A stretch of DNA of 55,336 nt from Syntrophomonadaceae bacterium (GCA_003554525.1 PWGO01000004.1:1-55336); one strand, 5' to 3'. Counted from the stretch's first letter, positions 18,225 to 26,580 are shown. Numbers and translations are program-made. Notes: generated from the letters alone by a model not told the origin.

Positions 18225-19490
18225 GTGGCCAGAATTCACGAATATCAGGGTAAAGAAGTATTAAAAAATTGCGGAATTCCCGTTCCCAGGGGAATGGTTG
18301 CTCAGGATGCGGAGGAAGCAAAAAGATACATGGAAGAGCTGGGTAAACCTGCGGCTCTAAAAGCACAAGTGCTTACCACCGGTCGCTACAAGGCTGGAGG
18401 TATTAAGTTTGCATCGGATCCCGAAGAAGCAGCCAACCGGGCCCGGGAACTGTTTGATACCAGGGTAAGAGGTTTACAGGTAGATCAGCTACTGGTGGAG
18501 GAAAAACTGGATATTAAAAGTGAGTATTACCTGGGGATTATAATTAATAACTCCCACAAGGTCAAGTCTCCTACGCTAATCCTTAGCAGCAGGGGCGGGG
18601 TTGACGTTGAAGAAATAGCTTCCAGCACGCCGGAGAAAATTGCCTATTTAAATGTAGATTACCTGCAAGGGGTAGGAGAAGATGAAGCGGAGAAGATTTT
18701 AGGCATGGTTTCTTTCGATGAAGAGTTAAGCGGCGAGGCTAAAGAAGAGATGAAGAAAATAATATCCAGCTTCTACCAATCCTATATGGAAAGCGATGCC
18801 AGGATAGCGGAAATCAACCCCCTGGTTTTAACCCAGGATGGCCGCCTGCTGGCAGGCGATTGCCGTTTTACCATCGACGATAATTCAGATTTCCGTCAAA
18901 CCCGGTTTGGAATCAGGCTGCCGCGCGACATGGACCGCTCTCCTACAGAACTGGAGTATATAGCGTGGACAATTGAAGAGGGTGACTTCCGGGGTACCGG
19001 CTATTTTACCCAGATGGTGCCGGAGATAGATAAAGAAGGTTATATAGGTTTCCACGGTATTGGGGGCGGAGGCGCTATGCTGGCGGCCAGTGCCCTGGTT
19101 AACCGTAATTTCAAGATAGCGAACTATACCGATACCAGCGGAGACCCTCCGGCCAGCAAAGTGTACCGCGTGGTAAAATGCATATTTTCTCAACCCATTG
19201 AAGGTTATGCCCTGATGGGAGCCTGCCTGGCCAACCAGGAGCAGTGGCACCATGCGCATGCCCTGGTAAAGATACTAAGGGAAGAAGCGGAAAACAGGCC
19301 CGGTTTCCCGGTAGTGCTGCTGTTGGCCGGGAACAGGGAAAAAGAGACCCACGACATAATTGAAAAAGGATTAAAAGATGCAAACCTTCGCTGGGAACTG
19401 TACGGCAGGCAGTATATCTACAACACTGATTATATTGCGGAAAGGATACAAAAGCTGGTGGAGGATTATAGAGAAGAACAAAGGAGGTAA
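18225..19490 (+). CDS. ATP-grasp beta-like subunit of an ADP-forming acyl-CoA synthetase (SucC / malate-thiokinase-like, divergent), unit 1
   Basis: 421 aa, GTG start with AGGAGGTG 8 nt upstream. The N-terminus MARIHEYQGKEVLKNCGIPVPRG is SucC-like. TTGRYKAGGI replaces the canonical GGRGKAGGV. It is about 35 aa longer than a typical SucC. Confidence 0.8.
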   Translation: MARIHEYQGKEVLKNCGIPVPRGMVAQDAEEAKRYMEELGKPAALKAQVLTTGRYKAGGIKFASDPEEAANRARELFDTRVRGLQVDQLLVEEKLDIKSEYYLGIIINNSHKVKSPTLILSSRGGVDVEEIASSTPEKIAYLNVDYLQGVGEDEAEKILGMVSFDEELSGEAKEEMKKIISSFYQSYMESDARIAEINPLVLTQDGRLLAGDCRFTIDDNSDFRQTRFGIRLPRDMDRSPTELEYIAWTIEEGDFRGTGYFTQMVPEIDKEGYIGFHGIGGGGAMLAASALVNRNFKIANYTDTSGDPPASKVYRVVKCIFSQPIEGYALMGACLANQEQWHHAHALVKILREEAENRPGFPVVLLLAGNREKETHDIIEKGLKDANLRWELYGRQYIYNTDYIAERIQKLVEDYREEQRR

Positions 19491-19495
19491 GCCAG

Positions 19496-19822
19496 ATGAA
19501 TGATAAAAAGATCTCTTTTGAAACCAAGACGGCTAAAATAGAAATTAACCTGGACAAGTGTGCAGCAGCCAGGGAGAACAGTCCCAACCCTTCCTGCGGG
19601 TTTATGTGTGTAAAAGCTTGCCGGCTTTACGGTCGTAACGTTTTAAAAATTGAAAACAACCGGCCGGTTTTAACAGTTAGCGACCCGGAAGAAATAAAAC
19701 GGCTGGATAATGAGTGCCTGGCCTGTGAATTTAACTGTAAGATGTATGGTTCTGACTGTATTAACATTGAAATACCTCTGGAGGGGATAGAAGAGTACCG
19801 TAAGAAAGTGCTTTCCAGGTAG
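19496..19822 (+). CDS. small Cys-rich ferredoxin-like protein between the beta-like and alpha-like subunits, unit 1
   Basis: 108 aa with 8 Cys: C-x12-C-x3-C-x3-C ... C-x2-C-x3-C-x6-C. AAGGAGG upstream. It shares LDKC, CV.AC and CLACE..C..YG with 38294..38626. Confidence 0.6.
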   Translation: MNDKKISFETKTAKIEINLDKCAAARENSPNPSCGFMCVKACRLYGRNVLKIENNRPVLTVSDPEEIKRLDNECLACEFNCKMYGSDCINIEIPLEGIEEYRKKVLSR

Positions 19823-19863
19823 AAGTTTCTAAAGCCAAGGGATATTTGAAAGGAGTGAACCGC

Positions 19864-20769
19864 ATGGCCATTTTAATTGATGAGAACACCAAGGTTTTGG
19901 TGCAGGGTATAACTGGAAGGTTTGGAGAGCTGGTGACCAGGAACATGCTGGACAGCGGAACCAACATTGTGGCAGGGGTTACACCCGGACGAGGGGGACA
20001 GAAAGTCTGGGATGTCCCGGTTTATGATAGTGTAGGCGAGGCAATGGAAAAAGAAGGTGAGATAGATACTTCACTGATTGTGGTTCCCGGCCCCGCGGCC
20101 AAGAAAGGTGCCCTGGAAGCAATTGATGCTGGTATAAGAACTATTTTGATGGAAGTAGAAAGGATACCGCTGCACGATTCGCTGGAAGTAATATCCCGGG
20201 CGGAAAAAGCAGGGGTAAGGCTTATAGGCCCCGGTTCAGGAGGGGTGGTTTCTGCCGGTAAAGCGACACTTGGTTTTATCGGTTCCGCTTCTGATGTGGC
20301 TAAAGCGGCTTTTAAACCGGGAAAGCTGGGGGTTATATCGCGCAGCGGCGGACAGACATCAACTCTTTCCTGGGTAGTGGTTAACTCTGGATTTGGGGTT
20401 AGCACGGCTATAAACCTGGGTTCGGAACCGGTACTGGGTACGATGTTCCCGGAACTTTTACCCATGTTTGAAGAAGATGATGAAACAGACGGAGTGGTGT
20501 ATTTTGGCGAAATCGGTACCGTTATGGAAGAAGAGGCAGCCGAAGTAATGAAAGAAGGACGATATACCAAGCCCCTGGTAGCCTATATTGCAGGAAAAGG
20601 CTTGCCTTCCGGGTTACGATTTTCTCACGCCAGTGCCATTATTGAAGGAGGAAGGGGTTCGGCGGAGAGCAAGATTTCAACCTTGAGAGATGCAGGAGCG
20701 CATGTGGTGGAGAATCCTCATGAGCTGTTCTCGGTGCTGCAGAAAGTATTTGGCCCCGGGCAGGGCTAA
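19864..20769 (+). CDS. CoA-binding alpha-like subunit of an ADP-forming acyl-CoA synthetase (SucD-like), unit 1
   Basis: Start at ATG 19864, with AAAGGAGTGA upstream. MAILIDENTKVLVQGITGRFG is SucD-like. Also SRSGGQTST and a phosphohistidine-loop equivalent, RFSHASAII (canonical GHAGAI). Confidence 0.85.
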   Translation: MAILIDENTKVLVQGITGRFGELVTRNMLDSGTNIVAGVTPGRGGQKVWDVPVYDSVGEAMEKEGEIDTSLIVVPGPAAKKGALEAIDAGIRTILMEVERIPLHDSLEVISRAEKAGVRLIGPGSGGVVSAGKATLGFIGSASDVAKAAFKPGKLGVISRSGGQTSTLSWVVVNSGFGVSTAINLGSEPVLGTMFPELLPMFEEDDETDGVVYFGEIGTVMEEEAAEVMKEGRYTKPLVAYIAGKGLPSGLRFSHASAIIEGGRGSAESKISTLRDAGAHVVENPHELFSVLQKVFGPGQG

Positions 20770-20803
20770 ACAGGGTTATTAATAATCTAGGAGGGATAAA
20801 GTC

Positions 20804-21733
20804 ATGAGCGTGGTCCTTAGAACAATGCTTTATGTGCCTTCAAACAGTTGGCGGATGATAAACAATGCTACCAGGGAAATGGCGGATGCAGTAATACTGG
20901 ACCTGGAGGATGCTGTTTCTTTAGAAGAAAAAGAAACCGGCAGGATATTTTCCAGGGATTCCGTGGGTACATTGAAAGAGGCCGGACTGGATGTTTATGT
21001 CCGGGTTAACTCCACTTCCAGCGGCCTCTTGAAAGAGGACATACCGTACGTGGTAGTAGAAGGCCTGGATGGTATTATGCTGGCCAAGACAGAAACCAGC
21101 GAGGATATAATAGATGTAGACAGGCAGATAAGCGAAGAAGAAAAGAAAAAAGGAATAACACAAAACCGTACCGGTATAATTCCCCTGATTGAGAATCCCC
21201 TGGGAGCGCAGAATGTGTTTGAAATAACAGAAGCCAGCCAAAGAGTAGTTGGTGTTGGTTTCGGTGCAGGAGATTACTTGCGGGAAATGGGTGTAGGTTT
21301 TGCCATAACCAGGCTTACAGCAAGAGAATATTTCCCGGCTATCCTTTATGCGCGTTCCCGGATAGCCAATGCCGCCAATATTGCCGGTATAGAAGCAATT
21401 GACACCCCGTTTTTCGGCTTGCTTATTGATACCGAAGGGCTGGTTAATGAGGCGGAATCGGTTAAACTGCTTGGTTTTACCGGCAAGCAGCTGGTTCACC
21501 CGCGGCATATAGAACCTGTAAACAGGGTTTTTGCGCCCTCGGAAGAAGACCTGGAATACGCCAAAAAAATGGTGGAAGTTTATGAAGATGCAAAAGCAAA
21601 GGGGTTGGGCTCTGCTTCTTACCAGGGTCGCATGATAGATTATGCCATGTATAAGATGGGCATGGACATGCTAAATAAAGCTGAAAGGATTTCGGAAAAA
21701 GAAAAAATGAAGCCCGAAGATAGTTTAACCTGA
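20804..21733 (+). CDS. HpcH/HpaI-CitE-family acyl-CoA lyase (malyl-/citramalyl-CoA lyase or citrate lyase beta-like)
   Basis: 309 aa. MLYVPSNS...ADAVILDLEDAV...K is the CitE-type N-terminal signature. TAGGAGGG lies upstream of the ATG. Confidence 0.8.
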   Translation: MSVVLRTMLYVPSNSWRMINNATREMADAVILDLEDAVSLEEKETGRIFSRDSVGTLKEAGLDVYVRVNSTSSGLLKEDIPYVVVEGLDGIMLAKTETSEDIIDVDRQISEEEKKKGITQNRTGIIPLIENPLGAQNVFEITEASQRVVGVGFGAGDYLREMGVGFAITRLTAREYFPAILYARSRIANAANIAGIEAIDTPFFGLLIDTEGLVNEAESVKLLGFTGKQLVHPRHIEPVNRVFAPSEEDLEYAKKMVEVYEDAKAKGLGSASYQGRMIDYAMYKMGMDMLNKAERISEKEKMKPEDSLT

Positions 21734-21889
21734 ACCAGGACATGCATTAGTTAGTTTTCTGCCGGGGCAGGTTGAAGATAAAAAACCAGCCAAGCGATAT
21801 ATAAGGTGACAGGCAGTAAATCTTACAGAAATGAACCAGGAAACGCGAAATTAAAGGACCAGTAAACCTGAATAAATTTGAATAACCGT

Positions 21890-21915
21890 TGTAGGAATAA
21901 ACTGTAGGAATAAAC
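21890..21915. repeat. perfect 13-bp tandem direct repeat TGTAGGAATAAAC x2
   Basis: Read directly: 21890-21902 and 21903-21915 are identical. It sits in the 388-nt gap upstream of the hydro-lyase operon. Confidence 0.9.
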
Positions 21916-22121
21916 GCGGCAGTTAGTTTTTAAAGTATTTAGCAGTGCTCCCAGCAAAACTTTAAAAAATAATCACTCAATTAAGTTAAAGCCCTGTCCC
22001 GGCAGATTTAATATAAGTTTAATGTATTTCTAAACCGGCGGGTGTAACTAACACCTCAGTAAAGTTTATAAACTTTCAGTATATAAAGTGCAGTTTAATG
22101 TATAAGGAGGAGAGAAAAAAA

Positions 22122-23039
22122 ATGATAACACAACAGGTTTTAGGCAAAGCCATTTTTGAAACCATAAAAAAGGCATCCTGTTGTATACCGGGTGATATTG
22201 AAGAGGCGTTCCAGGACTCTATAAGCCGGGAAAGCTCTTCAGTTTCTAAGATGGCCCTGGAAGCAACCCTGGAAAGCCTGCAGCGTTCCAGGGAAACTTC
22301 ACTACTGGCTTGCCCGGATACGGGGTGGCCTCTATTTTTTGTGGAAGTAGGAGATGAAGCTGTAGTTGAAGGAGGCCTGCGGGTAATTGAGACCGCCTCC
22401 AAAAGGGCGGTGGAAAAGGCGACACATGAAGGGTACCTGCGTGCTACTATGAAACATCCCCTTACCGGTGAAGATCCCGGCAACAATATTGGAAATAATG
22501 TTCCCAATTTTACTTACAAATTCGTGCCCGGGGACACTATCAAGTTAACCTTTGTTCCTAAAGGTGGGGGGTCGGAATGCTTTGGGGGAACGCGTTACCA
22601 GGTAATGGCTTTTGCAGACGGCCTAACTGCCATCAAGAAATTTATTGTAGACGCTTATATAGCGGCTTCCCGCGCCGGGGCTATCTGCCCGCCTTCCGTC
22701 CTGGGAGTAGGTATTGGGGGTACTTCCGATATTTCCACCAAACTTGCCAAGGAAGCGGCTGCTTTGAGGAAAGTAGGCAGCAAAAACCCCGAGCCTGAAA
22801 TTGCCCGGATAGAAGAAGAACTGTATGAAGGAATAAACCGGCTGGGTATTGGAGCCATGGGGTCGGGGGGAGACGTTTCTGTTTTTGATGTGAACGTAGA
22901 ATACGCGTATACTCACCTGGCGGGGATAGCCGTGGCCATGAACGCCAACTGTTTTATTGCCCGCCGTGCTACCGTAGAGGTTGACGGTAAAGGAAATATT
23001 AAAGAACACGAAAGTCCAAACTGGTTTAACGGGAGGTAG
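22122..23039 (+). CDS. Fe-S-type hydro-lyase alpha subunit (class I fumarate / L-tartrate / mesaconate hydratase family)
   Basis: Start at ATG 22122, with AAGGAGGAG 9 nt upstream. The track's ATG 22098 lies upstream of the RBS. About 305 aa with CPDTGWP and VPKGGGSE type blocks. The beta subunit follows 5 nt later. Confidence 0.85.
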   Translation: MITQQVLGKAIFETIKKASCCIPGDIEEAFQDSISRESSSVSKMALEATLESLQRSRETSLLACPDTGWPLFFVEVGDEAVVEGGLRVIETASKRAVEKATHEGYLRATMKHPLTGEDPGNNIGNNVPNFTYKFVPGDTIKLTFVPKGGGSECFGGTRYQVMAFADGLTAIKKFIVDAYIAASRAGAICPPSVLGVGIGGTSDISTKLAKEAAALRKVGSKNPEPEIARIEEELYEGINRLGIGAMGSGGDVSVFDVNVEYAYTHLAGIAVAMNANCFIARRATVEVDGKGNIKEHESPNWFNGR

Positions 23040-23044
23040 GTAAA

Positions 23045-23668
23045 ATGGCTGAATATCACCTGAAAACTCCACTGCAGGATGAGGAGATAAAGGATTTAAA
23101 AACAGGGGATAAAGTATATTTTTCCGGGGAAGCCTGGACGTGCCGCTCAAAGCTGCAGAAAACTGTTTTTGACGAGGGGTGGAAGCTGCCTTTTGACACC
23201 CGGGAAAAAAACCTGTTGATTCATGTAGGCCCAGTTATTATAGATGAAGGCGGTAATTGGAAACTGGTATCATTCCAGCCCACTTCCAGTATACGGTTTG
23301 AAAAGTGGGGCCCCGCCTCGGTTAAAGACCTAGGTTTGAAAGCCATAATCGGCAAAACCACCATGGGAAAAGATAGCCAGGAAGCCATGAAAAAATACTG
23401 CTGCATTCACGCTACTCCCCTGGGAGTAACCCCTACTCTTTTTATTGAAAGAATAAAAGTTAAAGAAGTTCACTGGCTGGAAGAAATGGGTAGTATTGAA
23501 GCGGCCTGGATACTGGAACTTGACGAACTGGGCCCCTTCCTGGTAGATATTGACTGTGAGGGCAAAAACCATTTTGACCACCTGGACGAAAAAATTGCCG
23601 CCAACCGCAGGTCTGTATACCAGGAGATGGGTATACCGGAGGATTTTGAGTATACCAGGTTATATTAA
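23045..23668 (+). CDS. Fe-S-type hydro-lyase beta subunit
   Basis: 207 aa. LKTGDKVYFSGEAWTCRSK..., IIGKTTMG and the overall size are typical of the beta region of two-subunit class I hydratases. Confidence 0.85.
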   Translation: MAEYHLKTPLQDEEIKDLKTGDKVYFSGEAWTCRSKLQKTVFDEGWKLPFDTREKNLLIHVGPVIIDEGGNWKLVSFQPTSSIRFEKWGPASVKDLGLKAIIGKTTMGKDSQEAMKKYCCIHATPLGVTPTLFIERIKVKEVHWLEEMGSIEAAWILELDELGPFLVDIDCEGKNHFDHLDEKIAANRRSVYQEMGIPEDFEYTRLY

Positions 23669-23747
23669 AAACTCGAGAAAAACCGCTCACCTCCTTCAAG
23701 GCGGTGGCAAGCGTGCATAAAGCCAACCAAACATTTTTGAGGAGTTA

Positions 23748-23785
23748 TGAGGGGAAGGATTGAGGGGAAGGATTGAGGGGAAGGA
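23748..23785. repeat. 13-bp tandem repeat TGAGGGGAAGGAT x~3, each unit containing a Shine-Dalgarno-like core
   Basis: Units at 23748-23760 and 23761-23773, plus a truncated unit at 23774-23785. They end 8 nt before ATG 23794. Confidence 0.9.
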
Positions 23786-23793
23786 AGGTTTAT

Positions 23794-24489
23794 ATGGAAA
23801 AACTACCATCCTGTGCCAGGTGTAGCTTAAATACGGAAGAAAAAATATGTCGTTCCCCGGGGGGGAAAGGACCGGATTTTTGTCCTACCAGGTTTATGAG
23901 GGAAGCCCTGGAAAAAGCCCGGGAAAAACTTTCCGACCGGGTAATTTACGAGTTTGCACGCCAGGCTTCTATTCAGGAAGGGGAAGGGTATATTAACCGG
24001 GAAGTTAAACCTCACGTGCGCCACCCGGTTAAACCCAGGTTGGAAGAAATCTGTGATTTTGCGGCCCGAATGGGGTGCCGCAGGTTGGGACTGGCATACT
24101 GTGGAGGGTTGCAGTACGAGGCGAGCCTTCTCCAGAAGGTGTTGGAAGCGCATAATTTTGATTTGGTTTCCGTAGTATGCAAGGTGGGTGGCACCTCCAA
24201 GGAAGAAATCGGCCTTACCGAGGAGCAGAAAGTAAGGATAGGAGAGTTTGAACCCATGTGCCACCCCCTGGCTCAAGCGGAAATTCTAAACCAGGCCGGG
24301 ACCGATTTAAATATAATAATGGGGTTGTGCGTGGGCCACGATTCACTTTTTATTAAGCAGGCCCGGGCCATGACCACTGTATTTGCGGTTAAAGACCGGG
24401 TCTTGGGCCACAATCCTGTGGCGGCACTGTATACGCTGAATTCTTATTACCAGAGATATATAAAAAAACCGTTTGCCAATAATAAATAA
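23794..24489 (+). CDS. Cys-rich putative metal-binding protein (DUF1847-like)
   Basis: 231 aa from ATG 23794. The track's TTG 23773 lies inside the repeat. The N-terminus is CARCS...EEKIC...GPDFCPT, with later LAYCGG, VCKVGG and MGLCVGHD. The family assignment is from memory only. Confidence 0.55.
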   Translation: MEKLPSCARCSLNTEEKICRSPGGKGPDFCPTRFMREALEKAREKLSDRVIYEFARQASIQEGEGYINREVKPHVRHPVKPRLEEICDFAARMGCRRLGLAYCGGLQYEASLLQKVLEAHNFDLVSVVCKVGGTSKEEIGLTEEQKVRIGEFEPMCHPLAQAEILNQAGTDLNIIMGLCVGHDSLFIKQARAMTTVFAVKDRVLGHNPVAALYTLNSYYQRYIKKPFANNK

Positions 24490-24498
24490 TGGTATAAT
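24490..24498 (+). promoter_or_regulatory. extended -10 (TGgTATAAT) candidate sigma-A promoter for the PrpR-type regulator gene
   Basis: TGGTATAAT at 24490-24498, about 90 nt upstream of ATG 24590. The -35 is poor (TTTGCC/TTGCCA at sub-optimal spacing). Confidence 0.4.
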
Positions 24499-24589
24499 TA
24501 AAGTACCTGCTTTTGTTTAAAAGCTGTGAGTTAATATTTCAAGTATTACTGGTTTAAAGATAAAATAACCTGGTAAAGGTGCTGTTTAT

Positions 24590-26479
24590 ATGGCCCAGCG
24601 GATTGTTTTTTTTAGTTACCCGCGCCTGACCTCCCTGGCTCAAAATGTGCTGGATAAAAAGACCATTAAAAAAATATGGGTGATAGAAAAATCATTTACC
24701 GAGCTTGTTTCCATAGCGGAATCTCTTATGAATAAAGGCATGGTTGACGTTTTTGTAAGTGCAGGGAGCAACGCCAGTGTTTTAAGCAGCAATTTTCCAC
24801 ACATGCCGCTGGTGCCTATAAACGTCAAGGGCTACGACCTGATAGAATCCATAGTCAAGGCTTCTTGTTACGGTCCGCGTATTGCCGTGGTTACAGTAGA
24901 AGAACAGGTTTCCAGGCTGGAAAAGCTGAAAAATATTTTAAAAGTAGACCTGCTCCAGCGCACTTTTAGCAGCGAAAATGAGCTGGCCCGCATAATGGAT
25001 GAGCTAAAGCTGGAAAAAGTAGATGCGGTTACAGGATCCAGTATTGTGTGCGATTACGCCAATTACTACCGGATAAACAATGTATTTATTTATTCGGAGA
25101 CCAGTGTTAAGGAAGCGTTGAATAAAGCAGTTGATATGCAGGAAGTATTGATCAACGAAAAAATGAAAGCAAACCAGTTTAAAGCCATTATTGATTTTGC
25201 TTACAGCGGGATAGTAGCGATAGATGAAAACCGGAAGGTAAAAGTATTTAACCCGCTTGCGGAAAAGATTACGGGTTTTTCGAAGAACAGTGTCCTGGAG
25301 AAACATATAGACGAAGTAATACCTGATACGCGTCTGGTTAGAGTGCTGGAAAGCGGCGAAAAGGAATGTAATCAGCTGATGAAAGTCCGGGATAACCTGG
25401 TTGTGCTTACCAACCGTATTCCCATCAGGGTTGATAACCGGACAGTAGGTGTTGTAGCCACTTTCCAGGATGTGGCCGATATTAAAAAAGCAGAGCGCCA
25501 TATCCGTATGAACCTTTACCAGAAGGGCTTGATTGCCAAGTATACTTTTGGTGATATCATGGGGCAGTCCGAGGCCATTGATAAAGCCAGAAGGCTGGCC
25601 CGTACTTTTGCCCGCGAAGATTCAACTATCTTGCTGCATGGGGAAACCGGCACCGGCAAAGAGCTGTTTGCCCAAAGCATCCACAATCACAGTTTGCGTT
25701 CTGAAAAGCCGTTTGTAGTAATTAATTGTGCTGCCCTGCCGGAAACACTTTTGGAAAGCGAGCTTTTTGGCTACGAAGAAGGAGCTTTTACCGGGGCCAA
25801 AAAAGGCGGGAAGACAGGCCTTATTGAACTGGCAAATGAAGGGACCCTGTTTTTGGATGAAATATCGGAAATGCCTATAAACCTGCAGGCCCGCTTCCTG
25901 AGGGTTTTACAAGAAAAAGAGATTTTAAGGATCGGGGGCGATAAAATAATACCAGTGGATGTGCGTATTATTGCCGCCACCAACCGGAACCTGATCCAGG
26001 AAATACAAAAAGGAAACTTTAGAGAAGACCTCTACTACCGGTTATATTTAATGTACATCAAGGTTCCTTCGCTGGAAGAAATGCCGGAGGACATACCGTT
26101 TCTGGTGCTTAAAACCATTGAAAATAATTACCCTGAATTGATGGATAAATATTCAAAAACCGTATGCCGGGTGGCCAGGAAGTTAAGCAGGTTATCCTGG
26201 CCGGGAAATGTAAGGCAGCTGTTTAATACAGTTCATCGTATAGCAGTAGTCTTGAAAAGCAGTGAGAGTCGGGAAATATCCCCGGAAGAAATTTTCAGCC
26301 GGGTGTTGGACAATAACCCGGAGAGCGCGGGCAAAACAATTGAAACGGTACCGGAAAAGGAAAGAGAGCTTATAATTCAAAAGTTAAACGAAACGGGCTG
26401 GAACCGCTCCAGAACCGCTCAGAGCCTTGGTATAAGCAGATCCACCCTGTGGCGGAAGATGAAAGAATACCGTATATAA
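24590..26479 (+). CDS. sigma-54-dependent activator with PrpR-type N-terminal sensor domain, PAS, AAA+ and HTH
   Basis: The N-terminus aligns with E. coli PrpR as I remember it: DVFVSAGSNASVL...VPINVKGYDLIESI...IAVVTVEE...VFIYS. Also HGETGTGKE, EEGAFTGA, FLDEISEM and the HTH NRSRTAQSLGISRSTLWRKMKEY. Confidence 0.9.
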   Translation: MAQRIVFFSYPRLTSLAQNVLDKKTIKKIWVIEKSFTELVSIAESLMNKGMVDVFVSAGSNASVLSSNFPHMPLVPINVKGYDLIESIVKASCYGPRIAVVTVEEQVSRLEKLKNILKVDLLQRTFSSENELARIMDELKLEKVDAVTGSSIVCDYANYYRINNVFIYSETSVKEALNKAVDMQEVLINEKMKANQFKAIIDFAYSGIVAIDENRKVKVFNPLAEKITGFSKNSVLEKHIDEVIPDTRLVRVLESGEKECNQLMKVRDNLVVLTNRIPIRVDNRTVGVVATFQDVADIKKAERHIRMNLYQKGLIAKYTFGDIMGQSEAIDKARRLARTFAREDSTILLHGETGTGKELFAQSIHNHSLRSEKPFVVINCAALPETLLESELFGYEEGAFTGAKKGGKTGLIELANEGTLFLDEISEMPINLQARFLRVLQEKEILRIGGDKIIPVDVRIIAATNRNLIQEIQKGNFREDLYYRLYLMYIKVPSLEEMPEDIPFLVLKTIENNYPELMDKYSKTVCRVARKLSRLSWPGNVRQLFNTVHRIAVVLKSSESREISPEEIFSRVLDNNPESAGKTIETVPEKERELIIQKLNETGWNRSRTAQSLGISRSTLWRKMKEYRI

Positions 26480-26580
26480 GTATGCCCCGATGATTTACCC
26501 ATTTCCTCCCCCCTGGTGAGTTATGTTTCTGGTGTTTAGTTCACTTAAACAAGATGTTAAAACAATATGTTTCATAAAGC

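Noticed and set aside
20022-20570. 182-aa minus-strand ORF inside the SucD-like gene; similar long antisense ORFs at 30003..30611, 34597..34968, 36654..37193, 38857..39198, 39290..39799, 40203..40901 and 43782..44564
   Set aside because: All are antisense to genes with clear family motifs. Their Ser/Pro/Thr/Arg-rich, motif-free translations are typical of the complementary frame of GC-balanced coding DNA, and none has a plausible RBS.
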